Assembly: GCF_009914755.1 (NCBI RefSeq)
Contig: NC_060938.1
Strand: one strand, 5' to 3'
From: the human T2T-CHM13v2.0 reference genome, Homo sapiens
Length of the DNA: 64,000 nt
This document shows positions 44,792 through 60,256 of the stretch, piece after piece (the first letter of the stretch is position 1; each line of letters opens with the position of its first letter). The notes beneath the pieces were generated by a model, which had not been told where the DNA came from, made no database searches, and saw only the letters and a program-made list of their open reading frames with translations. The translations under genes were made by a program, and so were the position numbers.

Positions 44792-45017
44792 TTTTTTAAT
44801 TGTGGCAAAACACACTCAACAATTTGCATCTTAACCACTGTTAAGTATACAATTCGGTGTCATTAAATGTATTCACAATGTTGTGCAAGCATCACCACCA
44901 CCCATCTCCATAATTCTTTTTGTCTTGTAAAATTGAAACCCTGTACCCATTAAAAGTGACTCCCCATTCCCCACCCCCCCAGGGCAACTACAGCTTTGCT
45001 TTCTGTCTTGATGAATC
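44792..45017 (-). mobile_element. L1MB-type 3' end fragment
   Basis: catcttaaccactgttaagtatacaattc…attcacaatgttgtgcaa…accctgtacccattaaa. Confidence 0.8.
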
Positions 45018-45649
45018 ATACAATATCAAATGTAATTTTTAAGATATTTAAAATCTTTTGTCTGGAAGCAAAGTGGAAGTTAATATCAATGGCTATGCCT
45101 TCAGTGAGTTCTCAGACCACATTACAACGTAGTTAACTATTTATCTTTTATTACGTTCTAGACCTATTATTTCTTTCTGGCACAAAAATATCTTCTTTGT
45201 AGATTATGGCATTTACCTCTATCTCCACACCATTTTGGTCTCTCATCCACAGATCATCAGCCTCTTGCTTAGTCTTCCATTTAATGACAATTTCTATTTA
45301 GTATACAACAGTCCTTCCCCCTGCAATGCAATTTCTTCACTCTTTAAAGCTCTGAGTCTGGCTACTGGTCTCTGTTATGTACTCATCCCTAGAGCCAAGT
45401 CTTCAAATATTTCTCAGAACTTCTTCACATCTAAAAATCTAGGATTAATGTATTGCTCTCTGATTATATTCTTCTGGTATTTCAAGTATCCTGTATAACT
45501 TCTTCATCTGCCCTTGCTTTTCTTCTACATCAAGATGTCAAGTTCATGGACTTCCCAATTAATCATTTTAAAAATGTATTTCAAGCCTTTATGAGTCACT
45601 AAAATATACATATGTTCTCAGGAATTATGGCCCTACAATTTGTATGTGA

Positions 45650-45870
45650 GAATAGTTCCTGTGTCAGGCATTATGGACATAAGAGGAAATAAATTCTAGC
45701 CCCTGCCTACAAGGAGCTAATTCCCAGCCTAAGACAGATTGCAAGCCAATAATATGCAGACTTGTAAGTCTAAGGAAACTGATTGGGATGTACCTAATTC
45801 GAGCTGGGAATATCGAAGAAAAACTTTTTGAAAGTCATGAGACATGAGCTGTGCCTAAAAGAGTAAAAAA
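45650..45870 (-). mobile_element. L2 fragment
   Basis: tgtgtcaggca…cccctgcctacaaggagct…tgagctgtgcctaaaaga resembles an antisense L2 3' region. Confidence 0.55.
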
Positions 45871-46649
45871 TAGAGAGAGAAATAAGAAGAAATAAATTAA
45901 GGAATGAGATGGGTAAAATAGTAGAAAAAGGAAATCTCTTTAGATAAAACAGGGTATGAGAGTATATAGGAGGCTTATTAACTCAGTGTGGTTGGAGAAA
46001 ACAGGTTGAAAGGAGAAATAGGGGAGAAAGTTACAAAGGGAATCAAACGTGTTAGTAGTTGAGGGAAAAGCAAATATTGAATACGACCCATAGATCTTGG
46101 ATAACCCAGTGTTTGGTAGTAGCTTACATAAAAGGTTGTGACAAAATAACCAGAGATATGTGGAGAAAATAATAACTGAGTGTTATATTTCCTCTGAGTA
46201 GAAACCTAAAAAAAAACTGTAATCACACACTGATCTTTTAACTGACCTCCACTTATCTTGCTGCCTGGATTGGCATACATATTCCTCTGCCTGAAAAATT
46301 GCTCAATACTTTTGAAAGGTTGTTTCTCACTGTTACACCCAGGCATTTCTGCTAACAACAGCTGAGTTGTAAGGGGCCCTCCAGGAGACCTAGGTTGTTC
46401 TCCTTATCACATACATTATTTTCATTTATCAATTTACCTAGAACATCTAATGAAATATTATGGACACCAATAACATGAATACAAATATAGCTATAGACCC
46501 TAAAAAGTAAATTGATGTCTCTTCAAAGGCTGTCATGTCTTAGATGCTAAATTTGGAGTATGTATTTCTAATAAATAAATAGCTTGCTTTAATAATTCTG
46601 ATTTATGAATGTAACATAGGGGAGCAGCTTTTATTTCACCCTTAATCTT

Positions 46650-46823
46650 AAAAAACAATTAGCTGGGTGTGGTGGTGGGCACCTGTAGTCCCAGCTACTC
46701 AGGAGGCTGAAGCAGGAGGATGGTGTGCACCTGGGAGGCGGAGCTTGCCATAAGCCGAAATTGTGCCACTGCACTCCAGCCTGAGTGACAGTGTGAGACT
46801 CTGTCTCAAAAAAAAAAAAAAAA
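46650..46823 (+). mobile_element. Alu right arm only (AluY-like, left arm missing)
   Basis: Begins at the A-rich linker, has Y-type gatggtgtg…ggcggagcttgc and a poly-A tail. No TSD seen. Confidence 0.88.
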
Positions 46824-47234
46824 GATCATACACGGAGTAAATGATGATTTAGCATAAAACACAACTTTAGCCTAAAACACAGATCATAGGGCTCAAACTT
46901 TGTTATTTTATGGGATTATACTAATCAGTTAATAATCAAAATTTACCATTTCAAAAGAAGAAATATTGGTCTGGGAAAATTGCCATTGCTTATACAGAAG
47001 AATGGAGGAATCTTTTTGAGAACAACAATTCTAGTGATCTTCCTCATCACTGGTTCCAAAACCAAGCCCATGAAAGGCCTGCATAGGGATAATGTGGAGA
47101 ACATGCCAGAGAAATACACATCACCAGCTCCTCAACTCAGAGCTCCAAGGGAATGGCCAAGGAAGCTGTATTGTCCTAAGAAATTTGAGACTGTTTTGAC
47201 TTACAATAAATCCTGCTCAATCATATGTATGTAT

Positions 47235-47259
47235 ACACACACACACACCCACACACACA
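47235..47259. repeat. (CA)n microsatellite
   Basis: acacacacacacacccacacacaca. Confidence 0.85.
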
Positions 47260-47752
47260 GACGGTGTTGTCAGTGAAGCCTCTAACAATGCATCTTGACT
47301 GGACAGATTTGACAATTAAAATGGCTGGAAGAAAATAGGCTTCATAAGTGTCACTTACTATTCACATTACACATTAAAAGGACATCTCCTAAATTAAATC
47401 TTGTCTTTGATAAAAAGGCAGAAAATCATGACCCAAGGCTCATTTATAACTGCAGAAATGTTCAAGATAGACCAAGGCTTGCTATGTTTAGGAACTGACA
47501 AGTACAGGTCTTTATAATCTACCATTTTGCCTCATTTGATACCAGGTGACCTTCATAATGCAGGCAATAGAGAATTGCAAGATTTGTCAGAGATTTCAGG
47601 TCTTTGGAAAGCTATGCTCTTTCACAAGAACAGCCATGGAAACAGGAATAAAGTCAATTCCCACTTAAGGTAATCAGAATTTACAAATATTCCTTTTTTC
47701 ATTGAAATCTCAATAGGCACTTCAATATTATATTTAATTAATTCTTTTGTTA

Positions 47753-48127
47753 CAATCATGCATCACATAACAACATTTTGGTCAAGGATAGTGCACATGT
47801 ATTTCAGTGGTGCAATAAAATCATAACACTGTACTTTTACTGTACCTCTTGTATGTTTAGACATGTATAGATACACTTACTGTATAGATATAAGTAAGTA
47901 TAGATATACTTAACTGTTGTGTTACAATTGCCTACAGTATTCAGTACAGTAACATGCTGCACAGGTTTGTAGCCTAGGAGGAATAGGCTATACCACCTAA
48001 CCTAGATATGTAATCAGCTATAGCATCTAGGTTTGTGTAAGTAAACTCTGTGATGTTCATACAATAATAAAATTGTCCAGCAATGCATTTCTCAGACACA
48101 CCCCTGTCATTAAGTGACACATGACTG
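47753..48127 (+). mobile_element. Tigger3a (MER7A) DNA transposon
   Basis: TIR-like ends caatcatg…catgactg flanked by TA on both sides. Internal tacagtattcagtacagtaacatgctg…ggtttgtagcctagga. Confidence 0.88.
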
Positions 48128-50045
48128 TATTAGTTAACACCATGGGAACTTCATGGGAAATGGACACTCTAGCTCCACCATAAATAGAAACTGTTTATGT
48201 CAAAAAACACATAAAAGCATAGTTGCAAGATTACATTTCCTTCCAGATATTTCATTTAGTATCTCCACAGATCACTAACTTCCTGAATAGCATTCTTGTG
48301 TCTCCACTGCCTCACATTTGATTTCAGGTCATTCCATCAATTGTCAAAGACGCATCCAACATTAACTTTCCAACTACTGGTTTGGATTGTGTCAACATTG
48401 TCATTCTGGGCCACAACAACACAAAAGGCTAACTCAGTGAGGTAACATAGACACTGATCAGTGAGATTTTGCTGATGGATGGTACCATTTTTTACCAAGA
48501 TCAAGGGTATTCATACCTTCAGGCATCTAGATAACATTGAAAAGGGCAGGTTCATAGATAAAAAGGGAAAGAGGAAGGGTTTTTGCACTATACATGAGCT
48601 ACCGTGTCTCCTGTTTAACCTGAGTCTGAAGAGATTCAAAGTGCAGGTGCCATGAATGCCTCTTTAATAGCTCCATGTCGATTGATTTTCTGGGCTACAC
48701 TTCCCAGCATTCAAATTGCTAAATGCATATAAACTACTAGTGAATATTTATTACCTGGATTTGTGCTTTTGAGTGATCTTATCTATAGTTATGTGCTTCA
48801 GTGATCCAACTTGGGGTGCACTCCAAACTTTGATAAATTAAAGACCCTGCTTATTCCTTGAGTAATGCTACACTGACAACTGATTTAGTGAATGCCACTG
48901 TGAAAATAATAAACCTCTTGGTGAATATATTTAGACATGTCTTGTAACCTGTACACATCTTAAACAGGGATGTTACTTGGTCTTTCTATGTTCAGGAGTG
49001 TGTGGAGATAGAAAAACATACAGGATTGTAATTGTTGCCTGTGAGACTAACAGAAAATTCAAGCTAGTGAAGTATGCTTATACATGGCACACTTCTCAAC
49101 AGCAATTTTAGGAAGTTCTACCCACAACCCATATGTCTTTTGATATGTGGGTTACCTTGGAGAGAGAAAAAGAAACTCTGAACACAAGCATGAAATACTT
49201 TCGAATTTTATCTAGAGTTGGACTTATCCGAAAGCTTTTGTATAAACTTGCTTGATGAGCAACTGTTGTCCACTGGTACCTTCACTGTACAATCCACACA
49301 CAACAAAACTTCACAACTGGACACCTAAATTTGCACTTTGTTTGGTAAAGTTGAATGAAAAATGTTGTCTTTTAAGCTTATGCTCTCTTATGAAAGCTGT
49401 TATTAGATTAATTTTACTCCAGGATATGCCAGTTAGGAAATAACTTCCAATTTAATTTCACCAGCTCCCTGTGGGTAGACTAATTACTCACACATCACAC
49501 TTACTCTGGTGGTGAAATGCCTCAAAAGAAGGTCTCCAGAGTGTTGCTCTACCTAGAAGGACAAGAATGAAGAGACATAAAAATCATTCATTAAGAAGGA
49601 AGAAGATTTTCCTTGCCTAGATTTTCACTTGTAGGATCCAATTAATTTTATCACTTAATATTTTGTCCTGGTGGGCATTCACTTTACAAATTTGTAAGGT
49701 CAGTAGAAATGGAAACTTTTGGAAATCAAACTGTAAATGTTCTGTAGACGTTGACAGAAATAGCTATTTGGAGCTGTGCTTTTGCCAACTAGACACTCTG
49801 AGAAAATCTGTGAGAGGATATTTTCAGGAAGTCATTGAACCCCCTAAAAATCAAGTTTATTGCTTTTACCATAAATATAAATAATTTATTTATTATCAAC
49901 CACTTTCAATATTCCAATAAGTAACTTTATTGTTTATTTCATTGACATGATCTACATAGACATGCAATTTATCTTCTTTTGCGATACATTCAGAAAATGT
50001 GCTGCCTGGAAAAGCCATGTTTTGAAATTACCACCTGTTTGATGA

Positions 50046-50296
50046 TTTTTTTTTTTATATACTTTAAGTTTTAGGGCACATGTGCACAACGTGCAGTTTA
50101 GTTACATATGTATACATGTGCCATGTTGGTGTGCTGCACCCATTAACTCGTCATTTAGCATTAGGTATATCTCCTAATGCTATCCCTACCCCCTCTCCCC
50201 ACCCCACAACAGGCCCTGGTGTGTGATGTTCCCCTTCCTGTGTGCATGTGTTCTCATTGTTCAATTCCCACCTATGAGTGAGAACATGCAGTGTTT
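50046..50296 (-). mobile_element. 5'-truncated L1PA3/4-like 3' end
   Basis: Poly-T followed by an antisense L1PA 3' UTR. No TSD found. Confidence 0.93.
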
Positions 50297-53200
50297 CCTT
50301 TCCACTTAAGTATCTATCTCTATTTGTCCTTTATTTTCACTTCCATCCTAGCTCTATCCCTTGTCTCCTTCGTGTGTCTCAGGATAAGTGCCCTATAACA
50401 TTTTATATTTCTGGAAACCCTTCAATATAAAGTTATTACATGTAAAAATAAAAAGTCTGTTTTAGCAAACTTTTTCTTCACAAATTATCTTTTCCTAGTT
50501 CCCTATTAGACAATTTTTGTAGGCCCCATATGCTATTAATTTATATTCACCTTTAGAAGAATTTTCATCAAAAGCACAAGTCTTATGTAAATTGTTTATA
50601 TGCTATTTGTACTTCTATGTATATATACACACATAGCCACATACATATATGTAACTCCGGAGGCCTGCCTGGACTGTTAAATAACTGTATTGAACAAGAG
50701 CAAGAAAAAGCTGTTCAAATTTCAAACAACAAGTTGAACTGAAGAGCTCATATCTTTGAATGAAATAGACACTAGTAGCCTTTAAAAATTAAACATTTCT
50801 ACTGTTTTAAAAAATTATAGCCATCATAGTATGAGGAAAAATGTAATAATCCTTTTTAATTCTTGCCATTTTATTAACCACAAAGTCCTTATGCCCTGAC
50901 TTCATTGGTACCCCTTTGAGATTAAACAGAACACTTAATTTAAAATTCTGATAAATAAATTAATTACACCATTTACTTGAGGTACTCTTTCACCTTTCAA
51001 GAAATATTTTGAGAATTCATTAGCTAAATATTGCTATAATGCAGGCTAGTAATAAATGGAAATAATGATTTCATTGTAAAGTTTAAACTAATGATGGTTT
51101 GATCTGGAATTTTTGTTAACCTAGAAGACATAATTAGCTCTAGAGGTGAAATGAAAGACATAATCACTTCACATATTAGTAAAAAACAAATAATATAACT
51201 TTATAAGCTACTGCTGTTCTTTTGCTATTAAGAACCAATGACATCTGTAATTACGGAAGATTATGGAAAGGTTAAAGGTGAGAATACATGCAGTCTGTCG
51301 ACAGGAAACCTAAACAGTTTAGGTTAAGGAAATGTCTGAGAAAGTCATATTAATTAGCAGGTTCACAGGAAACTGACATTTATTGTATAAATTCCATGGT
51401 CAAATGTATTAGGGCTCCATGCACACAACTGTGCGCCATCTATGTTACCACACAGTGCTTACTTCTTTCAGTCTTTATTCATTTCTCTCCTAATGGTCTG
51501 TATGGTATTATTACATAGTTCTAAAAACCTTCCATGAGGCAGAAATTTCATTTAATGATATAGCTTTGAAAATAATGAAAAACAGTAGAAACTTTCTATT
51601 TTTTATGAAGCAGAATTGTTGAATTTTCAGTTTCATTTATTTAATGTTACAAGATGACAAACATATTTCTTTAATTCCTTCTTGTTATTTTTGTCTAACA
51701 TCAACCAAAGCCATTTCTTTCATTTGAAGGTGAAAACTGCTCATCAAAATCCAGTTTAAGCTGAGAAACAAAGAACTAAATTTTGCATGAGAGATTATAC
51801 ACTGCATAAGTATAAAACAGGACCAGAAACAATGGTGGATTCACAATTTTTAAAAAGACAAAAGCAGGTTATCATCAAATCAATTGTTACCAACACACCA
51901 ATTCCACCTCTAGGCCAGAAAATTAGCCACTTACCCACAGGAAAACAATGATTGAAGACAAAGTTCACCAGTGAAAGTTGGTTATTTTTTTTTCCATCCT
52001 TGCGTCAACTAAAATGATATCTACAGTTCCTCTTAACACTTTTCTTACTTTCAAATATGTGGGTATGCTTCATTAGCTGAGGCCATGTTCCATATGCACA
52101 TCTGGCTACAAGGGAAACTGTGAATGTGAGCCCTGATCCTAATGTTTGTAGAGTATTTAGAAATTTGAGAATTCCCTCCAAATAAAGAGTTTTTTAAAAC
52201 ATTGTTAGACAAAAAGTTTGAATTACAAAATGTGGTAGTAGCTCAGGTCTAACTCAAATGCAGGGAAAAAAAACTATTAACTCTAAAAAAAATTAAATAC
52301 ACATTTGATGGTAATGAGAAACAGAAAACAGGCAGAAATAGTAGAATATTCAACCACTGATGAAGTATTTGACCACTGAATAAAGAAAATTGCAATGATT
52401 TAAATTTGCATCAATGTAACTTCACACCTGATGACACTTCCCAGTCTGTGCAAAATTAGATGTCTAAGAGTAAAGCCGTGAGTTTTACTAGCCTGAGGAA
52501 TAAGAGTACAGAGTTCCAGGCTGACAGAAAAGAAGAACTGGGAAATTTGAATGACATGGGAGAAATCTCACACAACTGAAAGTCACAGAGGAGAATGTCA
52601 CAGAGTAAAAATCTAAAATCAGCACTTAAACTTCATTCAGATATATGATGGCTGCTACATTTCACATTCATAAAAGAGACTCCATAGAATCCAGCAGAAA
52701 ACAACAGCTAAATTGCTAGTACAGAGCAGAGATTTCAACCATTGCATATAGCTCAGGAGTGAAAGTTTGGTGTTTGACTACAGAAAGAAGACTAATGTTA
52801 GAAAAGAGTCACTCTTCAAAGGAAAATAAAAGAGCCTATCTCTACAAAATATCATACACATAATCTAAGATATAATTTAACCTGCCTAGACATAGAACCA
52901 GGAAAATATGACACATAATAAAAAAAGTAAACAATGGATTAAGACATTGAAATGGCCCACATGCTGGAATTAGAAGATAAGAAATTTGAAATAAGCTATT
53001 ATAAGCATATTCAAGGATTTAAGGAATAGATGGTAGTAAGAGGGAATATATGGAGAATCTCAACAGAGAAGTAAAAATGATAAAGGGATAATAGGACAAA
53101 TTTTAGAACTGAGAGAGAGAATATCTTATATAAAATAGTCATTTTATGCACATACCAGTAAATGAAAGATGGCAGAAAAAACTATCAGTGCACTTAAAAA

Positions 53201-54194
53201 CAGATCAAGAACAATTTCTCAATACAGTTAATACAAAGGAGAAAAATAATAAAAATATGACCAGTCTAGCACTAATATAATTGGACTCCTAGAAAGAGTA
53301 GAGAAGAAAATAAGACAAAAAAAGGTATTTGAAAAAGTAAAGACCAAAACTTTTCCTAATTGTCAGCATATATCAACTTACAGGTTTAAGAAACTCTAAG
53401 AACAGAATAAAAATATAGAGAACCAAATGTAGACATACCATAGTCAAACCACTGGGCAAAAAAAGAGTAAATCTTGAAAGTAGCTAAAGGGAGGGAGAAA
53501 ATAATTTACATACTTGGAAACAAATAGACAGATGACCTGTCATCAGAAGTGACACTTTAAAAAGCAATGAAACTACATCTTCAAAATAAAAAAAACTGTC
53601 AACTCCAAATTCTATAACTAGAAAAAGTAATTCTTGAGAAAATAAAGATTTATTCAGATAAAAGAAAGCTTTGAACAATTGTCATTAGCAGACCTAGATA
53701 CAAGAAATGCAAACGGAAATTTTTTAGACTAAAGAAAGATAACAACAGATGGAAATTCTGACCTACAGGAAGCAAGGAGAAGCTCTAGGAATGGCATGTG
53801 CATAAACAGGAAAAACTAAGGCTTTTTTCTTTTAGTTTTATAACAAACAACTGATGGTTTAAATAAAAAATTAAGAGTACTATTGATAATGTATGTAGAG
53901 TAAAATATTCTAAATTAATAGCTCTGACAGGAGACTAAAAGCAACAAGTTTGCCAAAACTTTTCTTTATGTTACATGAAAACGTTGACTATTAACAGTAA
54001 GCGGACTGCGATAAGCCCAGGATGTTTATTACAATCCCTAGAGAACCACCACATTATATGAAGATATTCTTCTAAAATGCCAATAAAGGAATTAAAATGG
54101 AACGCTGAATATTGTTCAGTTAATATAAAAAGGCATGAAAGAAAGAACAGAGGAGCAAAAAATGATGGAACAAATAGAAGATAAGAGCAAAATA

Positions 54195-54508
<314 letters not shown>

Positions 54509-55839
54509 TTAACTCCAACCTTATCAATAATTATTTCAAACGTAATTTAAATACTCCAAATAAAACACAGATTGTCCAACTATATAATAAAAGTACCTAT
54601 AAGAGATGCATGCCAAATATTATGGTATAGATATGTTGAGAGTTAAATAATTTCCAAGTATACCAAGAAAACAACAAGCACAAGAAATCTTATGTGGCTA
54701 TATTAATATAAGAAAAAGTAGACCTCCAAACAAGCAATATTACAACAGAAAGCTATTTCATAATGATAAAATGTCAAGTAATTATGAAGACATAATGCCG
54801 TGTTGCTGATAGAATAACTAAAGAAAGTTAAGGTAAAATAATTTTGACAACACCCTGACCTAACCGATATTGACCAAGAAAATAGAATATATGTTCTATT
54901 ATGCTACACATGAAACATTTATCAATAGGCTATAGACCACAAAATATCTCTCAAGAAGTTTCAAAACACTGTAATCATAGAAAGTATGCTTTCTGACCAT
55001 AATGAAAATGAGTTGAAATGGGTTAAAACAAGCTACCCAGGAAAGTCTACACTATTGGAAGATTTAAATACACCTTAAAATGCCCTTTAGCTCAAGGAAG
55101 AAATCATAAGAAACACCTTAAAATACATTGAACTGAATACAAATAAAAATATGCTCTATCAAAATATGTGGGATAAAGTTAAGCAGACCCACAGTAAATT
55201 TTTTGTATAAATGCTTATTCTAAAAAAGAGAAGTTCAAAACAAGTGAACTAATTTTCTACCTTAAAAAGAAAATCTAAAGCAAGAGAGCAAATTAAGTCC
55301 AAAACAAGTAGAAGAAAGAAAATAAAACAGAAATTAGAAATCAATGAGACAGAAAACAGACACAGGAGAAAATTAACATGGCCAAAAGTTAGTTCTGTGA
55401 CAAAGAAAGAAAACGCAAATTATAAATATCAGGGATTAATGAGATTGTACAGTTGTAGACACAAGAGACATTAACAAGATAATGGAATATTGTGAAACAT
55501 TTTATACTAATTTTCATTACTTGGATGAAAGGGTGAATTCCTTGAAAAAAACTTATAAAAATTCACAAGATTAAATGGAATATATGAAGTAATTGACATT
55601 TATTAAAGTAATTAAATTGTCAAATACCTGCACATAAAGACATAAAACTAAAGTAATAAAAAAATAAGCAAACTCCACATCCAAAGAGTTTTGCTGGTGA
55701 ATTCTTTCAAACGTTTTAAAAAAATAAAATTTTTAAATTATTTCAGAAGAAGGGGGAAATTCCAAACTTGTTTTATGAGTCAGAATCCTGATAGCAAAAC
55801 TACAAAACCCAGGAATGCAAAATTGATTTCAACTTAAGG

Positions 55840-56460
55840 GGCTATCACCATTCTAATCTGTGATTCTAATGAATTTGGCTATCTTAGATACTTTATACAA
55901 GTGGAATCATACAGTTTGTCCTTCTGTGACTGATTTACTTTACTTAGCATTAATGTTCTCTAGGTTCATCCATGTTGCATATTGCCAGATTTTCTTGTTT
56001 TAAAGCTGAGTAATATTCCGTTGTATGAATATACCACATTTTCTTTATCTATTCATCTGCCAATAGACATTAACCTTATTTCCACATTTTGATTAGTGTA
56101 AATAATGCTGCAATGAGCCTGAGAATCATCCCAATCTCAATTCTTTCAGATAAATAACCTGAAGTGAGATTGCTAGATCATATGGTAGTTCTACTTTCTT
56201 AATTTTTTTTGAGGAACCACTGTACTGTTTTCCATAGAGGCTGCACAGTTTTACTTTCCCAGAAACACTGTACAAGTGTTCCAATTTCTCCCCATTGTTA
56301 ACACTCGTTATCTTTTTCTTTTAATAAGACCATTCTAACAGGCTTGAGGCAATATCTCTTTGTGGTTTTGATTTGCATTTCCCTGATGATTAGTGATGCT
56401 GAGCATTTTTTTCATGTACCTGTTGGTAATTTGTATATTTTCTTTGGAGAAATATCTATT
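55840..56460 (-). mobile_element. L1MA/L1MB ORF2-end / 3' UTR fragment in antisense
   Basis: aagtggaatcatacagt…aggttcatccatgttg…gattgctagatcatatggtagttcta…tgatttgcatttccctgatgattagtgatgctgagcatttt. Confidence 0.85.
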
Positions 56461-58892
56461 GCTGATTAAAAAAAAAAAAAAAACTCTCAGCAAGCTAGAA
56501 AAAGAAATTTTCTCGAAGTGGTGGAAAGCAACCACAACAAAACATATAAACAATATTATATTTAATTGTGAAAGCGTAAATGTTTAAACCACATAGATTA
56601 GGACAAGAAAAGGATGTGTGTGTTCATCATCTCTATTCAACATTTTACTGGTGATCCTAGATTGAGTATAAATATTTAGGGGATAACTATTGTCACTGAA
56701 GCCCAAATCTTGGTCATCCTCAGGAAAAAAAAAAAAGTTGATTAGGTTGTATATAATCTAAATCTACTTGCTAATTTAATTTCTCTAAAATTACAGCTTG
56801 TATCAACTCTAGAATTTATTGGGCACCTCCTAGGACATAAACACTGGAATTTGGTGAGAGACATCAAATAGGAAAGAACCTGGCTCTGACATAAATTCAA
56901 CACACGGAGGGGGACACACGTTATGAGACTGACCTGGCCTCTTCATCTCATAAAAGGGGTTCTTGTTGCTGGTAACACAGATTAAAACTATTTCAATTAC
57001 ATTCAAGGTAAAAAGATTAGCAATGATAGGTAAGATAAAAAAATCACCCCGCAGGAAGACAAAAGTCTCACAAAAGGATATTTAAACTAGCCAACACTTT
57101 GAAATTCAGGCAGAGATCGTGCTTTCTGGGTGAACTAAAGTAGCAAGAACAAAGTACAGGCTCCAATTCTAGGAAAAATGGACCCTAATAAGGTTTACAA
57201 TCCAGAAACTCAAGATATCCAGACAGAAGGATGCAGTCTCCGCTTTCAAGGCAGTAGCAGTACCTGGATTACTATGCCAATCCCCAACACAATCATAAAC
57301 ACAAATTTGATTGAGGAAGAAGCTTGCCCACCAGAAGATTTAGGTTATTACAAGGTAGAATGTGATAGAGAAAACGAGCATGGGACTGGAAACAAGAGGA
57401 GGTAGCCCCATGATTACAACTGGAATATATCTTTCAGAGATTGTGCGGAAATAAGACTGAAGAGAGAGTTCCTTAAACCCCACGTGCCTTACATCAGGAC
57501 TAATCCTGGACACAGGCTGGAAAGCATAGCCTACAGGTGGTGAGGGAGGAGGAGTGGACTCAGCTGTGAGAAGGAGAAGGAAATATGGCTGAAAACCAGA
57601 TACTGGTCTTTAAATCACACAGGATTTGGGCCTTTGCTGCTCTCTGCCAGCAGCTGCCAGTAGTTCTCACACTTTGGCTGGCATCAAAATCACCTGGGGC
57701 AGTGGTGGGGAAGTGGGGGGAGTGTTGTAAAACCACAAGTGACCAGGCAAAAAACACCTGTATGTTTTCCAATTCAGTAAGTACAGAAATATTAATTGGA
57801 AAAAGGTGGACGTCAGACATTGATAGTGCTGTGGACTGCTCCAGGGACGTAAGCATGATCTTTAGAGAGGTGACTCTCATCAGTTGAGGGCAACCACTGG
57901 ACAGCAAGAGGTCCAGACCAACCGTAAACAGAGACATCATTCAAATACACTTTAGCAACCTCTCCAAACAACATGTCTCTTAGTGAAACTTAGGAGGTTG
58001 AAAGTTAAAAACATAAAATCCCGTGGCATTTATGTATCCTAGGCACTTACATTTGTCTGAATCTTCCAAGTTGCCTTTGCTTGGTTAGAGTTTTGGGTAG
58101 ACAAGAGGTGGATTTCCATGTGCCATAGTGAGAACTTTGATACACTCATTTAGACATTGACCTACTATCTTGATGTTTGAAAGCTAAAACCCAAAGAAAT
58201 TTGTCTTTTTACATAAAACAAATTCAGCCCTTACCTTCCTTGTCGATTACATCTTCCACTAGCAGTAATAAAAAAGTAACAATATGCATAAGTCAAAGTA
58301 TCTTCTTAGATCTTCTGTAGTGTTTTATTATTTTGTTGTGTTAAGTAACTGTCTCAAAATTTCAAGGAATGTCTGAGAAGCAATTCGTGTTCAAAGGCTG
58401 CCCTCTTGTGACAATATGTTGTATGTTTTACTGTAAAAGTAATCTTATTTTACCTTATAACCTCTACAATCCAATTCATAACAACATAAAAAGGAAATAA
58501 AACCTTACATAATTTTGAATTTTAAAAAGTACCTTGTTTATATGGCTCTTTTAGCTAATGAATAGTCAATTTGGTAAATATTCCAGTGAGTTGAAGGCTT
58601 GAATCCATCTCACTTAACTAGCTTGATGGATGTATTTCTATACCTATACAACCCACTCCTCTGCTTTTAAAAAATTAAAGTTAGCTGTAGATTGAGATGT
58701 CAGTGACACAGTTTATAGAACATAACTTAGATTGTCATCTACATTACTGTAACTACAAATACCACCCTCAGATGGAAGAATCAGTTTTATCAGTGAACAT
58801 CTCTAATTGAACTATAAATGGTGTATGTCTTCTGGCTTTTACAAGCTCTTGGTCTAACACAGGGGATATATGATGTAAAACTTACAAAGCAG

Positions 58893-59300
<408 letters not shown>

Positions 59301-59859
59301 TTATTCTAAGCTCACTGATGTAAAGGAATAGAAAGAAAAGGTTTGGTGGAAAACCTAATAACCTGCTATCTTTCTGTCTTTTGTTTTTTAAAAGCTTGAG
59401 CATTTGGGAGAATTTGGAAAGATTGTGGAGTAAGTGCAAAGAAGGAATTTGCTAACAAAAATTATATAGGGTAAAATGAGTTTTTTCCAGGTTAGAAAAT
59501 ATCCACTCCCTACCCTCCTACATTCCTTTCCCATGGTTAAGAAGAGGAAAAAACAAAGGCCTCTTGGTGAGCAGTGGTGACTTAGGCAATTTCTTAGAAA
59601 TATTCTAGAAGGCATAGTCATCTTTAAAAAAAAATAGCTACAAGGATATGTCTAAGCAGAAGGGACCATGGGCCAAATTACGTGTAGATTTTTGCATTCC
59701 AAATATGGTAAAGAAGAAGCAGGAAGCTGGGGGGCCTAAACAAGCCACACAGAAATGGACAAGGAAGAGGCCAGCAGCAGCTTGTGGGGGCAAGACGTCA
59801 AGCCCCAAATGTTAAACCCACCATCCATCCTCCAAAATCTGGCTCTGTTTAACAAGGCT

Positions 59860-60256
59860 GCGGTCTGACACTAGATGCCGCCTCAGTGACTAAAGCATAA
59901 TTTCCCGTCTCCTGGGAGTGTTGACAGATGACTCCTGGCAACAACACTCACAGCACAGTAAAGTTCCTTCATCCAAGTTCATGTCCCTTCTCAAGGCATC
60001 CCACATCCGAGAACTGCTTGGTACAGAAATATAATGGCCTGGTTTTCTTGCTCCAATTCGAGGTCATTAGGTAAACTCACCAAGATCCCTGTAGAGTGGA
60101 CTGCGGCCATGATAGTGATTGCATTCCAGCCGACTTCCTGCTCCGCCCAATCCTATTGCTTTCACTCTTCCACAGGTGTTGGGAATATCATTTCAACCTC
60201 CTTGCATGCAAATCTCCAACTCGGAATCGGCTTCCTAGGACACCTGACTGGTGATA
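59860..60256 (+). mobile_element. LTR16-family (ERVL) solo LTR
   Basis: gcccaatcct…cttccacaggtgttg…tgcatgcaaatctccaactcggaatcggcttcc 3' end pattern. Confidence 0.65.

Noticed and set aside
57560-57940. 126-aa and 100-aa opposing ORFs
   Set aside because: No recognisable homology or splice context; cannot support a gene call.
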